Part shown: one piece after another, positions 37,100 through 55,570 of the stretch | How the letters are laid out: every line of letters begins with the position of its first letter | Numbering within the stretch: position 1 is the stretch's first letter | DNA from: Nageia nagi | Lineage: Eukaryota > Plantae > Pinophyta | NCBI GenBank assembly: GCA_050084985.1 | Contig: JBITNC010000001.1 | Location: forward strand, 143,592,001 to 143,656,000 | Direction of reading: 5' to 3' | Length of the DNA stretch: 64,000 nt | Notes under the pieces: model-generated | What the model saw: the letters and a program-made list of their open reading frames with translations, nothing else | Database searches by the model: none | What the model was told of the DNA's origin: nothing | Made by a program: the position numbers and the translations under genes

Positions 37100-38750
37100 C
37101 TTTTGGTTCCTAACAATACCCTTGTGGGTTATTACCTTGGTATAATCCCCAATGACTACCTTTTGCACAATTGGATTAGCCAAGTCTAGAGCCCATGCAG
37201 AATGAAGGTTGAAAATATTTAAAACCTCAACAAGGGATATTTCCTACTCCATTTTTTTGACCCTAGGCATGCAAAACAAGTTCTTAACAAAGGACCATGG
37301 ATGTTGTGAAATTCCTTTTTGATTTTGTAAAGTTATAATATAAAGTTCACTATAGATTATGAAGTTATTATTGAAGTCTTAGTTTGGTTCTAGTTCCCTA
37401 ATCTTTTTATTTGCTTTTAGAAATTCCTACATACCTCATTAGAATATTTAGTCATTTATTTTCTTTGAAGTATAGAGGTTTTCTTGGCTCAACCCACTAG
37501 AAGATTGCGTATTAAGGTTACCTCAATCAATACCTTTAGGATTTTATTGATATCAATAATGTAGAGGTTTCCATTTGGTAAAGGGTATTTTATATTAACA
37601 TCATGGATACTTATTGCATCTATCATTCTTCTGCTCAAAGGATTCAATATTTTTCACTTATGGTAGGCAAGTTTAAAGATAAGAATCCTTCTCCACCTCC
37701 TAGGTATGTAGCTTTAGCTAGTTTTAATAAGGGTGGGGAAGAATAATGGACCACTATTACCAACCATTGTATTTGTAAACCCAAGCCATAAGAGCATATT
37801 GTTGTTTCCCATTAGTTTGATCTTGGTGTTTCCTTTAAAGGTGAACCTTCACAAGTTGAACCAGTTGCTTAATCATCTCCAGTTGTTCAATAATCTTTGT
37901 TTATTATTGCACCCTTCAAAGCCTTTTATGGCTTTTATTTGGTCAAGTCCATCATTTTATTTAGTTTTTATTATGCCATCTCCTTTTCATCTTATGGAGG
38001 AGAACCAAAGTTCTAAATCTCATTATTTTCATAACCCACAATGGGATGGCTCTGATGGGCATGCAGATAGGCAGAGATAGATGCTTGAAACTCATCATAA
38101 ATCATCCTTTCTCCTAATTTACAAAAATTCATTTGGATCCTTGAATGATTTAAGTGACTTTGAGGATGACATGGATCTTCAAGATCTTACACCCCTTAAT
38201 TATTTTTATTTCTTACAATATTAAATGATTGATGGACCTAGTCTACAAATATATGATCTAAAGTGGTTTGGAGGATGTTGCTCACTTATATGGTAATATT
38301 AATATTTTATATTTACAAGAAATTAAGATTTTTGACTTCATATTGCAATGTACCTATACTTTTCTCTAGCCAAGGGGTCCCTTCTTCACTGCTAATCATT
38401 CCCTTAGCAGGGGAGGTACTTTCACTTTCATTTACCCATGGTGGCTTTCTAATATTATATCTTGGAGTGTTGACCCTTCAAATCAATTTGTTTGAGTTCT
38501 AATCGGGTTGCATTGTAAACCATTTGGTATTATAAATATGTATCCTTCCAATGATGCTCATCACTATTATGAACTATGGTGATATATTATATTATCCTTT
38601 CCTTTTATCACCTAGGTTTTGTGTGGTGAATTTAATATGGTGGAAAAGCCTTTAGATTCAAAAATCTAGTTACCTATGCATTAGAGCATAAGAGAGTGAA
38701 ATGCTTGTAATTTTTATGAAGAATATGATGGATTGCTTTTAAAAACTATA
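37100..38750 (+). mobile_element. 5' part of an L1-type LINE (ORF1 DUF4283-like plus endonuclease remnant)
   Basis: ORF1 remnants HAKQVLNKGPWML.NSFLIL and EVLVWF.FPNL. EN remnants LTLQI and CGEFNMVEK (GDFN-like) at ~38620-38648. Confidence 0.7.
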
Positions 38751-38759
38751 ATTAGTTGG

Positions 38760-39405
38760 TTTTAAACTAGATTCAATAACCTTTTTAAGTATTCATCTTG
38801 TATGAAACATAATACATATATATTTGACCTTCTTCGCCATGCTAGGCATATAGATGAATCATAAAGAGTTTAAAAATAGCATGAAAATAAAATCTAATGC
38901 AAATATGATAAAAACTAAGAATCAAACTTATTTTCTAAAGCTTGTAACATAACTACTTCTCTCTCTTTCTATGCCTTGATATTACCTTTTCATAAAAAGT
39001 ATTATATATAAACCAAGTGCTTCAAGGTTGTATGACTTATAATAAATAAAAATCTATAAGCTTAGTAACAAACAAAAATAAAATACCATGGGGAAGAGAT
39101 GCCATATTTTCCTTATTTTCAACATTTGGATCTATATGATATGTAGTCTCACTTTATCCAAAAATACTTACATAAATTCTTTGTATAATATTAGACATGA
39201 ATACTTTAGGAATATGATCCAATGCATAGAAGTACCTTCAATTTCTTTGTAAGTATTACATTTCTCCATAAATTTTGTTTCAAAAGTACATAATATACCA
39301 AGAAATGAAAAAGCGGGATCCAATGCAAAGAAGAGAAATACCTTACTTTGTCCAAAAATACTTACATGAAGTTTTTTTACAATGTCATCCAAGAAATGTT
39401 GATGT
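38760..39405 (+). pseudogene. PPR-derived fragments; left part of the repeat field split by the Tat element
   Basis: KLDSITF.SI (L motif) at ~38765; FDLLRHARHIDE (S2 VDLLGRAG-like) at ~38823. The module AAAAGTACATAATA..GGATCCAAT at ~39283 is shared with ~45788. Confidence 0.65.
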
Positions 39406-42400
39406 TGTTCTAATCGAAATAATAATAATTAGGGTTATTTATAGTAAATCAAATTTAATCAATTAACCATGAAATAATAGAAAATTGATGATATGAAAGA
39501 TGATAATGACCTAATTGACCTTGACCTATCAAAATTAAATTTACAAAAGACACAAATAGTTTACAAATAGGTAGAATTAAGTTTCATTTGAACATTCATA
39601 ATTTTTCAACTTGACCTCTAGTCCTCAAGGTATTTGGTTTCCTATTCAAGTTATGGAGAGATTGCAAGAGTGCTATGAACTTGATGGGTGCATTTATTAT
39701 GGATATGCCTTATTATATTACTTCACAATATGATAACTAGTCTCTAGTTATTTGTTCTTCACCTAAGGTGCACTAGGTACTAAAAAATTCATCATATTCT
39801 TATATTATGCATAGATTAGGATATTTTTATGATTTAATTTTTCAAATTGGTCAAAGTTTTACTAAATTTGGAAATATTTTGAAACATAAGGGATAAAATT
39901 TACTTTAATATTTTTGCATGCATAGGAGGAAACAAAACTCATTTTTACCATAGAATTTAAGATAAACTTGATGGGTTTCAAAAACATTTTTAAATTAGGG
40001 GCAAAAATGGGGTGGTACCACTAGAATCTTAGCATCATCGTTGGGATGAAAGTTTTTATAAAATGCATGAAATGATCTTTGCATGGACTATTAAATATAT
40101 TTTCACTTAAAGTTTTTAAAAAACTCATCGTTAATTTAACTAATTAATGGCAACATGAATTTTTGATATGGATGTCCCTTCCTTACAAAGGTGCTAAATG
40201 ATAAGATTGACCCTTTCTTACAAAGGCATCAAATGATAAGAATGACCAACTTGGTCTCCCAAGCCACCATGTTTCCATGGATTCTTTGATAAGAGTTCCC
40301 CTTTCTTACAAAGGAGGCCAATGATATGAACATGGATATGAAAAATCATATTTATATGTTTTGTCAAGCATTATTTTGTGATAAGCAACTTTTTACAAAA
40401 ATGAATGAAAGTAAATAAATGAAATACCTTTTTCATTAATTTATCATGATTATGAAGAAACAATAAATTTTTTTTTTTTGGACCATTTAACCAAGCAGCA
40501 TCTTCAGGAACATAGTGGTATTGTTGGATGACTACCTTATTTCATGAAATATTAATATCAAAAGATGAAGAAATGTATATTTTTATGAAAAAGATCAAAT
40601 ATAAATTTTTTTCAAATGCATAACATTAATTGGATTATATTCTTCATTACTTTGAATTGTAGATAATCTATATGCACCTTTTCCATAATTTGCAATGATA
40701 ACGTAAGGACCTATTCAGTTAGGTTTGAACTTACCTTCATTTTAATTTTTTAGAGCTTTAGTATTGGCAAAGTTTAATTTTAGGACTAGGTCACAAACTT
40801 TGAACTCTTTAGGCTTGATCTTTTTTCCATAGGATTTTTGGACTCTATAAGGATAAATATGAAGATGTTTTAGAGCCTTAACCCATTTTTCATCTAAGAT
40901 CTCTAGTTGGGCTAATCTATCTTTCCTTCTATCCTCATCGAGAATGAGACCATCTAGTCACACATGAAGAGATGGAATTTCTAACTCAAGGGGAACTACA
41001 ACTTCATCACCATACATTAATGAGGAAGGATTTTCCCCTATATAAGTTATTATAATTATTTTATAGGACCACAAAGCATAAGGGAGTTTTTCATGCTAAT
41101 CTTTACCATATTTTATGAATTTTTTGGATAAGATACTCTTAATAACTTTGTTAGAAGATTCAAATTGACCATTACCTTTGGGATAGTATGGGATAGAGAA
41201 GTTTATTTCAATATGATATCTATTACAAAATTCCTTAACTTCATTACCTTTAAAGCTTGGACCATTATCCATGAATAATTTAGAATGAACACCATATCTA
41301 TAAATGTAAATTCAATAAGAAATTCAACAATCTTACCTCCTTTTGTAGACTTCATGGGTATAGCCTCCACACATTTTATGAATTATTTTGTATTTGTAAT
41401 GATAAAATTATGACCATATTTTGAAACATGGTTAATTTTACCAATAAAATCAAAGTGTCCAAATAGAAAAAGGTGAAGGAGATACAATAGAATGCAAAGC
41501 ATGAGAAGGAAATGGTTGAAGATTAACATTCTTTTTACATTACTCACATTTCTTAATATGTAATTCACAATCTTTGAGCATAGTAGGCTAATAATAACCT
41601 ATTATAAGAAACTTTTAATAAACAAATTTAGCACTTAAGTTTCTACCACATTCACCATCATGAGCTTGATGAAGGGCCATGTCTACTTCAAGCCTCATTA
41701 AACATCTAAGAAGAGCACCATAAAAAGACCTTCTATACATCAAATCACCTATAATGATATACTTGGTAGCTAGCTTTTTAATTTTAATTCTAGCATTATG
41801 ATCAAAGCAAATAGGAACAACACCATCTTTAAGATAACTAAAAAATATCTTGGTACGATTCACACATATTTATACAAGTAGCTCCATAACAATGATCTTC
41901 AACAACATTCTCATGAGAAGGCTTGCATATATTTTTTATTGTAAGGATAGTTTCTTCATCTTCTATGTTAATAGGAGCAAGGGAAGAAACACTATTCATA
42001 TTATCAATATACATATTGATGTCTCTTGGAATGTTGTCAATTTTATACTTACTAAAGTAGGTAAGGAGATTCTCAACTATTTCTTTGTATGGTTGCAACT
42101 TGGGATCTTTGATGTTTTAGATGTTGGAAACTTGCTTGAAAATAAGTTTAGAATCACCAAATAGTTTTATCCTTTTCACTTTCATAAGTATTACATCTTT
42201 CAAACCTAAAATTAGAGCCTCATATTCTACCATATTGTTAGTGCAATCCAAATTCAAATGATAGATATAGGGATAACATCACCATGAAGATTTATGATGA
42301 TAATTCATATCCCTCCTCTATGAATGCATATAGAATAATTAAAGAATAGGTTCCACTAATAATTTTTCATTAAACCAAATAAAACTTACAAGTATTCAAG

Positions 42401-45244
42401 CTTAGGAATATAGCAATAGCACAAGAGTGCAGAGGTAGTGCTAGGTTTAGGGTTGTTTTAGCTATCCACTTTATCAAGAAACTCTTTGTGTGTTTTGGAT
42501 ACTTAATTTAATGGATGATTTATAATGAAATATACTATAATATATCCCTTTATCAATTTCTAAGTTATGAATACCAAATAAAACTCTTGAAGTAACATTA
42601 CCCATTTAGCAGCTCTTCCAAACATGTAAGATTTGGATATGAGATATATGAGAGGATCATCCTAAGCTATGACATAGGTTGTATTTCCAAGCATGCAGTG
42701 TCTTAAATTTTCAATTGAAAATACTATAGCAAAATATATTTTTATTGGAGTATACCTTGTCTCATGATTGAGTAATGTTTAATTGATATAATAGATTACT
42801 CTTTCCTTATTATTATCATCCTTTTGAGCTAACATTGTGCATAGTGCACTTAATATTTTAGAAACATAAAGTAACAAACTCTCTTTTGAACTATAAGAGG
42901 CTAAAACTTTATCATTAGTAAGGTACCTATTGATGTTATCCAAATCCTTTTGACACTTTTCATGCCAAATGAATTTCTCACCATTCTTTAGTAAATGAGA
43001 AAATGGGGAAGTCATATCTATGAGCTGATAAATGAACCTTATCATTGCTTGAACTTTTTCTTGAAGAATTTTTTATTCTTAAGAGGAGGAAAATCAATAA
43101 TGGTTGAAACATTCTTAGGATCCACCTCTATACCTATTTAGAAATAATGTTTATCTTCTTTCTTTGGGTATGACTTCTTATAATCTTTTGATTTACTATC
43201 ATATTTAAATTTTTCTATTTCCACTATGCATTGCTCTTTTTGAATCAATCTATGGAAAATATAACTAAAAGGAAAATCCATATAATCCATAGATATAAAC
43301 TTTAATTTGGGAAAAACATTTTCAACAAATATACAAATCATATGTACTTCTGATAAAGGTTGTTTTAACATACTCCAAGTCTTTTGAAACCTCTTAACAA
43401 ACTTTCCTAATCTCTCATTTGGTATTTGCTTAGTTTTCATTAAATCAAAACTAATTTATCTAGGGGCATGATTCTTGAAATGCATATAAAATTTAGATAT
43501 GAAATGTTCATAAGTATTAATTGACTTAGAGGGAAAAGAGAAGTACCAATTTAAAGCATTATCCCAAAGAGTAGTTGGAAAATACTTGGTATTACATTAT
43601 AATTTGCTCCAAACCTTAATTCAAACTTCATCTCAAAAGCCTTGATATAAGCCATAGGGTCTCCTTCTCCTGAATACATATCAAACTTTGGTTCCACTTT
43701 AATATTAAGTGCCTTTTTCATTTTTGATGTCATCATATAAGGGATTTTAATCCCTTAAATTGGTTAGAATGTCTCTGCTTTATCTACCTGTATTCTCACC
43801 ATAAACATTTTCTTCAAATTAGTTGTAGTAGTATCATCAAAGCTATTGACCATAGTAAGAAATTCTATGGACTTGATTTTTGAAATACTTGAGATACAAT
43901 ATTAGTCATATCCAAAAAACCTATGGCTTTTGGCATAATGAGTAGGAATTATAGACCTTGAAAAATCATAATTACTTCCCCAATCACATATATCTATGGT
44001 TAGGGTACAAATTTTCAATGTAAAACCTTACCAATTTGAAATAAATGACTATTAAAGTCCAACACTTTCTTTAAAAATGAAATTCCATAAAATTTCTCCA
44101 ACCCAAAATTTCTTAAAAATGCATACAAATAAACTCAATCTCATATTCTAAAAATAGCCTATCACAAATGTTTAAATTTTGGGTAATTTTTTTATCTTGA
44201 AATATGTCACCAAATGGTTGCAAAATATTTTCAAAATTTAGGGCTTTTTAATATGATATTTTTCTACAAAAAAAATTTCAATATTGATTAAAATCTATAA
44301 TTCTAGGTTTTAAAAAATCATAAAAAATTTCAACTATATTTATCTATGGTTTAGACAAAATTTTGCAATGTTATATCTTACCAAATTGACCGAAATGAGC
44401 TTTAAAATTTAGGATTTTCTTCAAAAATGAAATTCACAAAAAATAAATCTTCTTTAAATCCAATAATTTTCAAGAAAAAAAAAATTAAATAATTATCACA
44501 ACCAAAGAGAAAATGAAAACTAATGAAAGAGTCCATAGAAAAATTCAATGTATCAAAATAAAGTTGGTTTTACCAATTGTTATAACTAAAATAATAATAA
44601 TTAGGGTTATTTAAAAAATTAATAATTTAACCAATTTACCATGAAATAATAGAAAATTGATGACATGAAAGATGATAATAACCTAATTGACCTTGAGCTA
44701 TCAAAAATGGATTAACAAAATATATAAACCTATACTTTACCTATGGTGATAAATGAAGGTGAAATCCAATCAAAAGAGAATGAAAGATGAGCTTATCCAA
44801 AATATGGAGCCATGAATTTGACCTCAAACTAGTATTAGTGCTAGGAACCTAGCTATGCTTCTTAGTTATCATTTCAAAATACCTCACCCTTTTGCTCAAT
44901 GTCATCGTACCACCTTAGATGCATGGAATCTAGCTTGTGAATAGATAGAATATCATAGGAATGCAAATCTCAGAGGATAACAAAATTCAAAAATGATAGG
45001 TGATGTTAAGAAACATTGGTAAAGATTGATACAAGTATATTGCCACCTATCATGGATTCAAGATTATATCATATCATATCTTTTATTATACATAACCCCT
45101 CCACCTTTATAGGTAATAGGCCTAGTGCTAAGGCTCCTTATTAGGCTTATTATGATGCTAATCTAACTTGTTATCATAAAATATAAAGGTATATGAGAGT
45201 GTATATTGATAAGAGTATTTAAAATTCCTTTATAGGTGTTAACA
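39406..45244 (-). mobile_element. Tat/Ogre-type Ty3/gypsy with additional RNase H; internally deleted
   Basis: 5' LTR 44578-45244 (TGTTA...TAACA) with a PBS-like GGTTTTACCA beside it; truncated 3' LTR 39406-~39550. Gag PKFDMYSGEGDP (43551-43736, 43138-43440) is joined directly to the RT C-terminus/RH (42779-43130). aRH CTNNMVEYEALILGL...GDS; INT zinc finger HQAHDGECG, core and KFKPN*IGPY. Confidence 0.88.
40176..40330. repeat. Three ~35-bp repeats in the 3' non-coding region of the Tat element
   Basis: CCCTTYCTTACAAAGG....AATGATA at ~40177, ~40210 and ~40299. Confidence 0.7.
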
Positions 45245-45599
45245 AAGACATTAAATGCAATGCATAGATAACATTTTAGAGCTTACTTAATTACACCATA
45301 CCAAAATTAGTTTGTAAGCCCTAAATTATTAATTTAATAAATTAATGCTTTTTTATCCATCTAAGCTAAATGTTAAAATAAAAGTGAATAGTTTTATTGA
45401 ATGGAATGATTATAGAGTATAAAAGGAGTGGTTGTATGATAAATTATTAGAAAGTATAAAATCTAAAAAATTTATCCTTTTTTCTCCATGTGAACTAAAA
45501 TTTAAAGTTAAATGAATAGTTTCATGGATTGTAATGATTTTTAGGTAAGCAAATAATAGTTGTACAAGAAATTGTTAAAAGGGGTTCCAACTATTTTAA

Positions 45600-50830
<5,231 letters not shown>

Positions 50831-51117
50831 TAAATAGCATAATAATAACAAAAATATTGTAGTGTATAATGATTTACTTAGTACCTTTACCACTTTGTGC
50901 AATAAATCCTTCATGGCATCATATGAATTAAAAATTTCATCTAATATATACTACTATGGTGTTTTTAAAATTGCCCTAAAAAATATCATGTATTTCTTAT
51001 AGTATAATAATTATACACCATCGTAATAGAATTTTCATAAAATAATCATCATTAAAGCCCAATATTCTTGTAGTAAATTCTATGATTCTCTTTGTTGACT
51101 TTAATAAATAAGAAAAA

Positions 51118-53556
51118 TATGAGGATTTGGTTAATCTACATTCATATTGAAGTAACCATTATGGAAATTTAACCTTGTATTTCTATTGACAAAATAATTT
51201 AGATCCCCAATTTTAAGTAACATGTTTGAAACATTAATTATTTTATATGTATTAAGAGAACCTATGCATATTAATGTATTTAAAATGAATAAATATGTTT
51301 TCAAATACAATTGAATAAATATTTAAGTATAGTCATTCACATATTCATTAGATTTGTTACTAATAACATCCTACTAAGTGATTTGAAATGGATTTTAAAG
51401 TTGTAAAAAAGGTTATTTTCAAGTTTTTAATTTTGTTAACTATTCTCTTCCATATTAAAGAGCTCTCTTCCATGATTTCAATGCTTCAAATGATAAATAA
51501 AATGGATCTATAGTTTGTAAGTTACGATTTTCCAAAATTTGAATTTAAATATAAAAAAATGTAAAGTATGCAGGAAGGCTCTATTGACAAATTCATTAAA
51601 AGCAACTCAGGTTGATTCATAGCTTAAATTTGAATCATTGGTACATCATGTTATGGTGAATATGTGTTTAAAATTTAAAGGCATTTAGATTAAATACTTA
51701 AAAGTTATAATACCCACAAAATGGTAAATTTTCATTCTATGTTCATGACTTAGTCAAATTTTTGATAACTGCTAGGTGCAAATCTGCATTGGAGGCCAAC
51801 TTGATGATGATGCTGTGAGCTACTAGTAAGGTGTTAACATGCAAACTTTAAACACATTAAGCTACATATATCCAAGAACATATGGATGAAATTTAATGAT
51901 ATTTGGAATTATGGTCATGAAGTTATGGTCATGATAAAATGGCACCAGAAGCAGTTTTGATATTTTTACAAAATCTAAAAAGATAGGAGAATATAACCAT
52001 ATGAGGCCAAAATAATGCTATAGGAATACAAATGAGGGAGATTATTGTTGTGAGAGTGAGATAGCATGATGTAAAGGAGAAAAAATAATAATTATCTTAT
52101 CACCATGTAACCATAAACTCCAATTTTGTAATCCCTTAATGTTATAAAAGGGAACATGAAGTATGAAAAAAGTGAATTCCTTTTTAGTGGATTTTCCTCC
52201 CAAGAGGGATTTAGTGTAGGTTTGAAAATAATGTATAAAACTCCATTTTATTGTAAACTCCATGGAAAATAACAAAATCATGAGAGTAATATTAGAGGTG
52301 CATTTCAAGCTTTCATACAAGAAGAAAAAAATCATGGACAAGATTATTGCCATGGAGAAAGAACTTGATGACATAATCACCTTGATAAAATTAAAAAATA
52401 GAAAAAGACAAAGAGTAGTTATAAAGATGTCATCCCTAGATAAAAGATGTGGAACTATGCTCAAGGACTTTCATTGAAAATAGAGTCATTTGAAAATAAA
52501 GGGATTCAATGGAGAGCCTATAGTGATTGTGTGATTCATATTCGGTAAACAAAAGAGTGAAGCTAGAAGCATCATACAAGTGACATTGAAAAATGGACTC
52601 TACAATAATGGATTGCTATTTTCTGGATGTAAACCACATTAATCGAACCAGGGTAACTATGTGTGTACATCAATTTTTTGTATTTTTGATTTGGTGTGCT
52701 TTTTTATTTCTACAAGAACTAAAATGAATAAAGTGTGAAGATCCAAATTAAATCCTGAAGTAGGGCTTATGGATCAGTAAGTAATCCTAATGTTTCTAAT
52801 ATTGTTGACACTAAAGTGGTTGAAAAATATTTGGATAAAGAACTCAAATTTAAGAATGGAGTGTGAAATATAATATAATCACTTACTAAAAAATTCCATA
52901 AAGATTTGGGAGAAAGTACTTTTCTTGTAGTATTTTATCATGGGAAGATGCAATGCAAGTTTATATCAAGGTTTAAGCATCTAAGGTAGGATTCTCTCTC
53001 TATTAGAACCAAAATAGTTTTTAATTTTCAAACTCTTATGCGATTAGATAGTATAATAAAATCAAAATACAAGATTGGATGAAGGTTCAAACATGTAATG
53101 CATTTATTCTCTACCCAATAACAATTAAAATTTTAGGATTTCAAAGTTTTGACATTTTAGATGGACTATGTTAATAAGATTCACCTAAGTTTTTTATTGT
53201 TTACTTCATTAATAACATCTTGATGAATTGTATATAAGGTAAATAATTTATTTGAGATTATTAAAAAGTAGATTTGGTCACGCAAGTTATTGTTATTTAG
53301 GAGTTGAGGTAAATATTTTATCTTAGGTTATTAAAAATTAGATTTTATCATGCAAGTTATTGTTATTGTAGGAGTTTTTTTTAATTTTTTCTACTATACT
53401 TTATTATTCATATTTAATCACATCAAATGATATTTTGGTTAAATAACATTCAAATTGAAATTGCCATTCTTGAAATTTGACCTTCTATATCTATTGATAA
53501 AATAATTCAGGTCCTTGATTTTAAGTGACATGTTTGAAAAATTGATTATTTTATAT
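51118..53556. other. Unidentified ~2.2-kb cassette between ~130-bp diverged direct repeats; contains exon-like decayed sequence
   Basis: 51118-51247 aligns with 53425-53556 (TTGGTTAA..ACATTCA.ATTGAA..CCATT..GAAATTTRACCTT.TAT.TCTATTGAYAAAATAATTYAG..TTTTAAGTRACATGTTTGAAA). Internal splice-donor-like sites at ~52652 and ~52778. Confidence 0.45.
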
Positions 53557-54355
53557 CCCCAAAATTATAAGTGAAAGTGAAAAAAAAAATCCTTAGGTTC
53601 TAACCATTTATTTTAATATCTAGATAGAGAGTTGAGCATTACTAAGTTCACTAAAGTGTATGTGTGGGATTAACATTAAAGTTATGCTCATGATAATTTT
53701 TATTCTAAATTTCATATACATCAAGGATTGTTATATTATATTTGTTATTCAACTTGTATAGATATCAAGGAATATAAATGATGACAATCTCTCCTAATTT
53801 ATCGAAAGATAAATGATATAATTTAAAAATATATAACATCTCTCAATGTATGATTGAAGCTCATAGATAAATAAAATTCAATGAATAATAAGCAATCATA
53901 TAATTTAAAACACAATGCTCAATAAATAATATTTATGCAAAACATGTTTAAAACTATACCATACTAAAAACAAAAATCCAATATATAAATGATGTTATAG
54001 AACTCTTAAACCATGGAAAGAGATGACTCTTCAATGAAATATTTCTCAATAGAATATAATTAATTTCAAATAGTATACAATCTTCTCTTACACCAACATG
54101 AAAATACTTAAATACTAAATTTAATATTAACACCTCTCAACAGGTTAACATGTATAAATGCCAACAATTTATAACGTCAAAAAGAAAAAGACCTATAATT
54201 TGCAGGTCATCCATCCATGCTTACCATAATGTTCATGAAAATGGAATATATTACAGTGAGTTTAACAACACTGAATCACATTATCCAAAACCCGATATTG
54301 GAGCATGAACAAGATATAGTACGAAAGCTGATAATGAAAAGCGATTATCAATTAC

Positions 54356-54760
54356 TCAGAATGCGCCTCTCTCAATCCTCTGCAAATATTCCATCTCTAA
54401 CTGTTTCCTCTCCATGCTCAACTGTTCTCTCATCCTGGCAATGAAATCATCAGCCATTTTGTTCAACTCGTCCCGACATAATAGGCTCCCACGGGGGATC
54501 GTTCTGGGTGAAGAAGAAACAGCTGATGAAGATTCTGCTTCGCTTTTTGAAACCTTTCTCGAAATTGTGTTATGGCTGCAAACACTTCTAGTAGTGGCAA
54601 TACCCCCATTACAATCATAATAACAAGAAGTTTTTATTGAAGGTCTCAAAATCCTTGGCTTGAAAGACCTTCGTTTCTTGTAAGCAACAAATGCATTGCC
54701 TCTGTATGACAATGCCATATCAGACTCCTCTGATAGCATATGATGACATGTGTTGCCCAT
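54356..54760 (-). CDS. Small DUF761 (cotton fibre expressed protein)-like protein, 134 aa, intronless
   Basis: First ATG at 54760 (MGNTCHH...). C-terminal DELNKMADDFIARMREQLSMER matches the DUF761 pattern (E-V/L-D/N-x-x-A-E/D-x-F-I-x-x-F-x-x-Q-L-x-L-Q/E-R). Lies in a CpG-retaining island and has no stops. Confidence 0.8.
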   Translation of the reverse strand: MGNTCHHMLSEESDMALSYRGNAFVAYKKRRSFKPRILRPSIKTSCYYDCNGGIATTRSVCSHNTISRKVSKSEAESSSAVSSSPRTIPRGSLLCRDELNKMADDFIARMREQLSMERKQLEMEYLQRIERGAF

Positions 54761-54856
54761 CTGAACAGCATTACACCCGGATCTCACACAAGAAAAACCT
54801 TCTTAAACAGATCTTGAGATGAGAGAAGAACACCAGATAGAAGTCTGCGACAATAA

Positions 54857-54867
54857 CAATTATAAGG
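54857..54867 (-). promoter_or_regulatory. Candidate TATA box of the DUF761-like gene
   Basis: rc CCTTATAATTG about 100 nt upstream of the ATG, with a pyrimidine-rich TTCTTCTCTCATCTC about 30 nt downstream. Confidence 0.3.
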
Positions 54868-55570
54868 ATTTGTATTTGAGCCTGGAAGACTATAACAAAT
54901 AATTTCCTGAGCGAGACCTTATCCGAAGTTGTTGAATAGGGTGATAGAATTTGCGAGAAAAGTAGGTGAATAGGCCGAGCACTTTTTTTTATGTGGGTAC
55001 TTCCAACAATCAGCAGAAGCCACGAAATACAATGCTGTATAAATTTTAATTTGCAGTTACCAGGCAGATATTGTTCTATGGATTTGGTATTCATTGTAGA
55101 AATGGGTTTGTCTTATATTTTTTTGTATCGGTTTTGGTTATGGAGATCAAAATTTATTATAAAGATACTGGGCCATTGAATCCACCATCGACCCACCACA
55201 GGCTGGTGAACCAAAAAGGTCTGGTCGGTGGGTAGTGATTGAGAATTATGATAACTTAATTATCCCTCTAGTCCTCAGGCGATTCACGGTCGGTAGAGAT
55301 TTGTTAAAGTTACTTAAATACCTATAAATTTCAGTTTTCTTTCTCTATTATGTTAAGTTTTTCTTTAAATATTTGAAAGTGGATCTTCTATTTTATTATT
55401 AATGTGGTTATCATGATGATAATTTTAAATTATATTTAGATATAATTTCATATTTTTATTTAAAATATATTTTTTTTACATTCAATCATGAGGTAAACTA
55501 TTTTAGAATCCTTTCACAACTGTCAATAGGGTAAATTTTTGATAAAATATCCAAAATACCCTTGTAATAT

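Noticed and set aside
39401-45249. TSD for the central Tat element
   Set aside because: Flanks GATGT and AAGAC do not match; the two ends may derive from recombined copies.
54217-55179. ORFs 54217-54444, 54414-54620, 54771-55094 and 54991-55179
   Set aside because: Antisense shadows or promoter-region ORFs with no domain signal.
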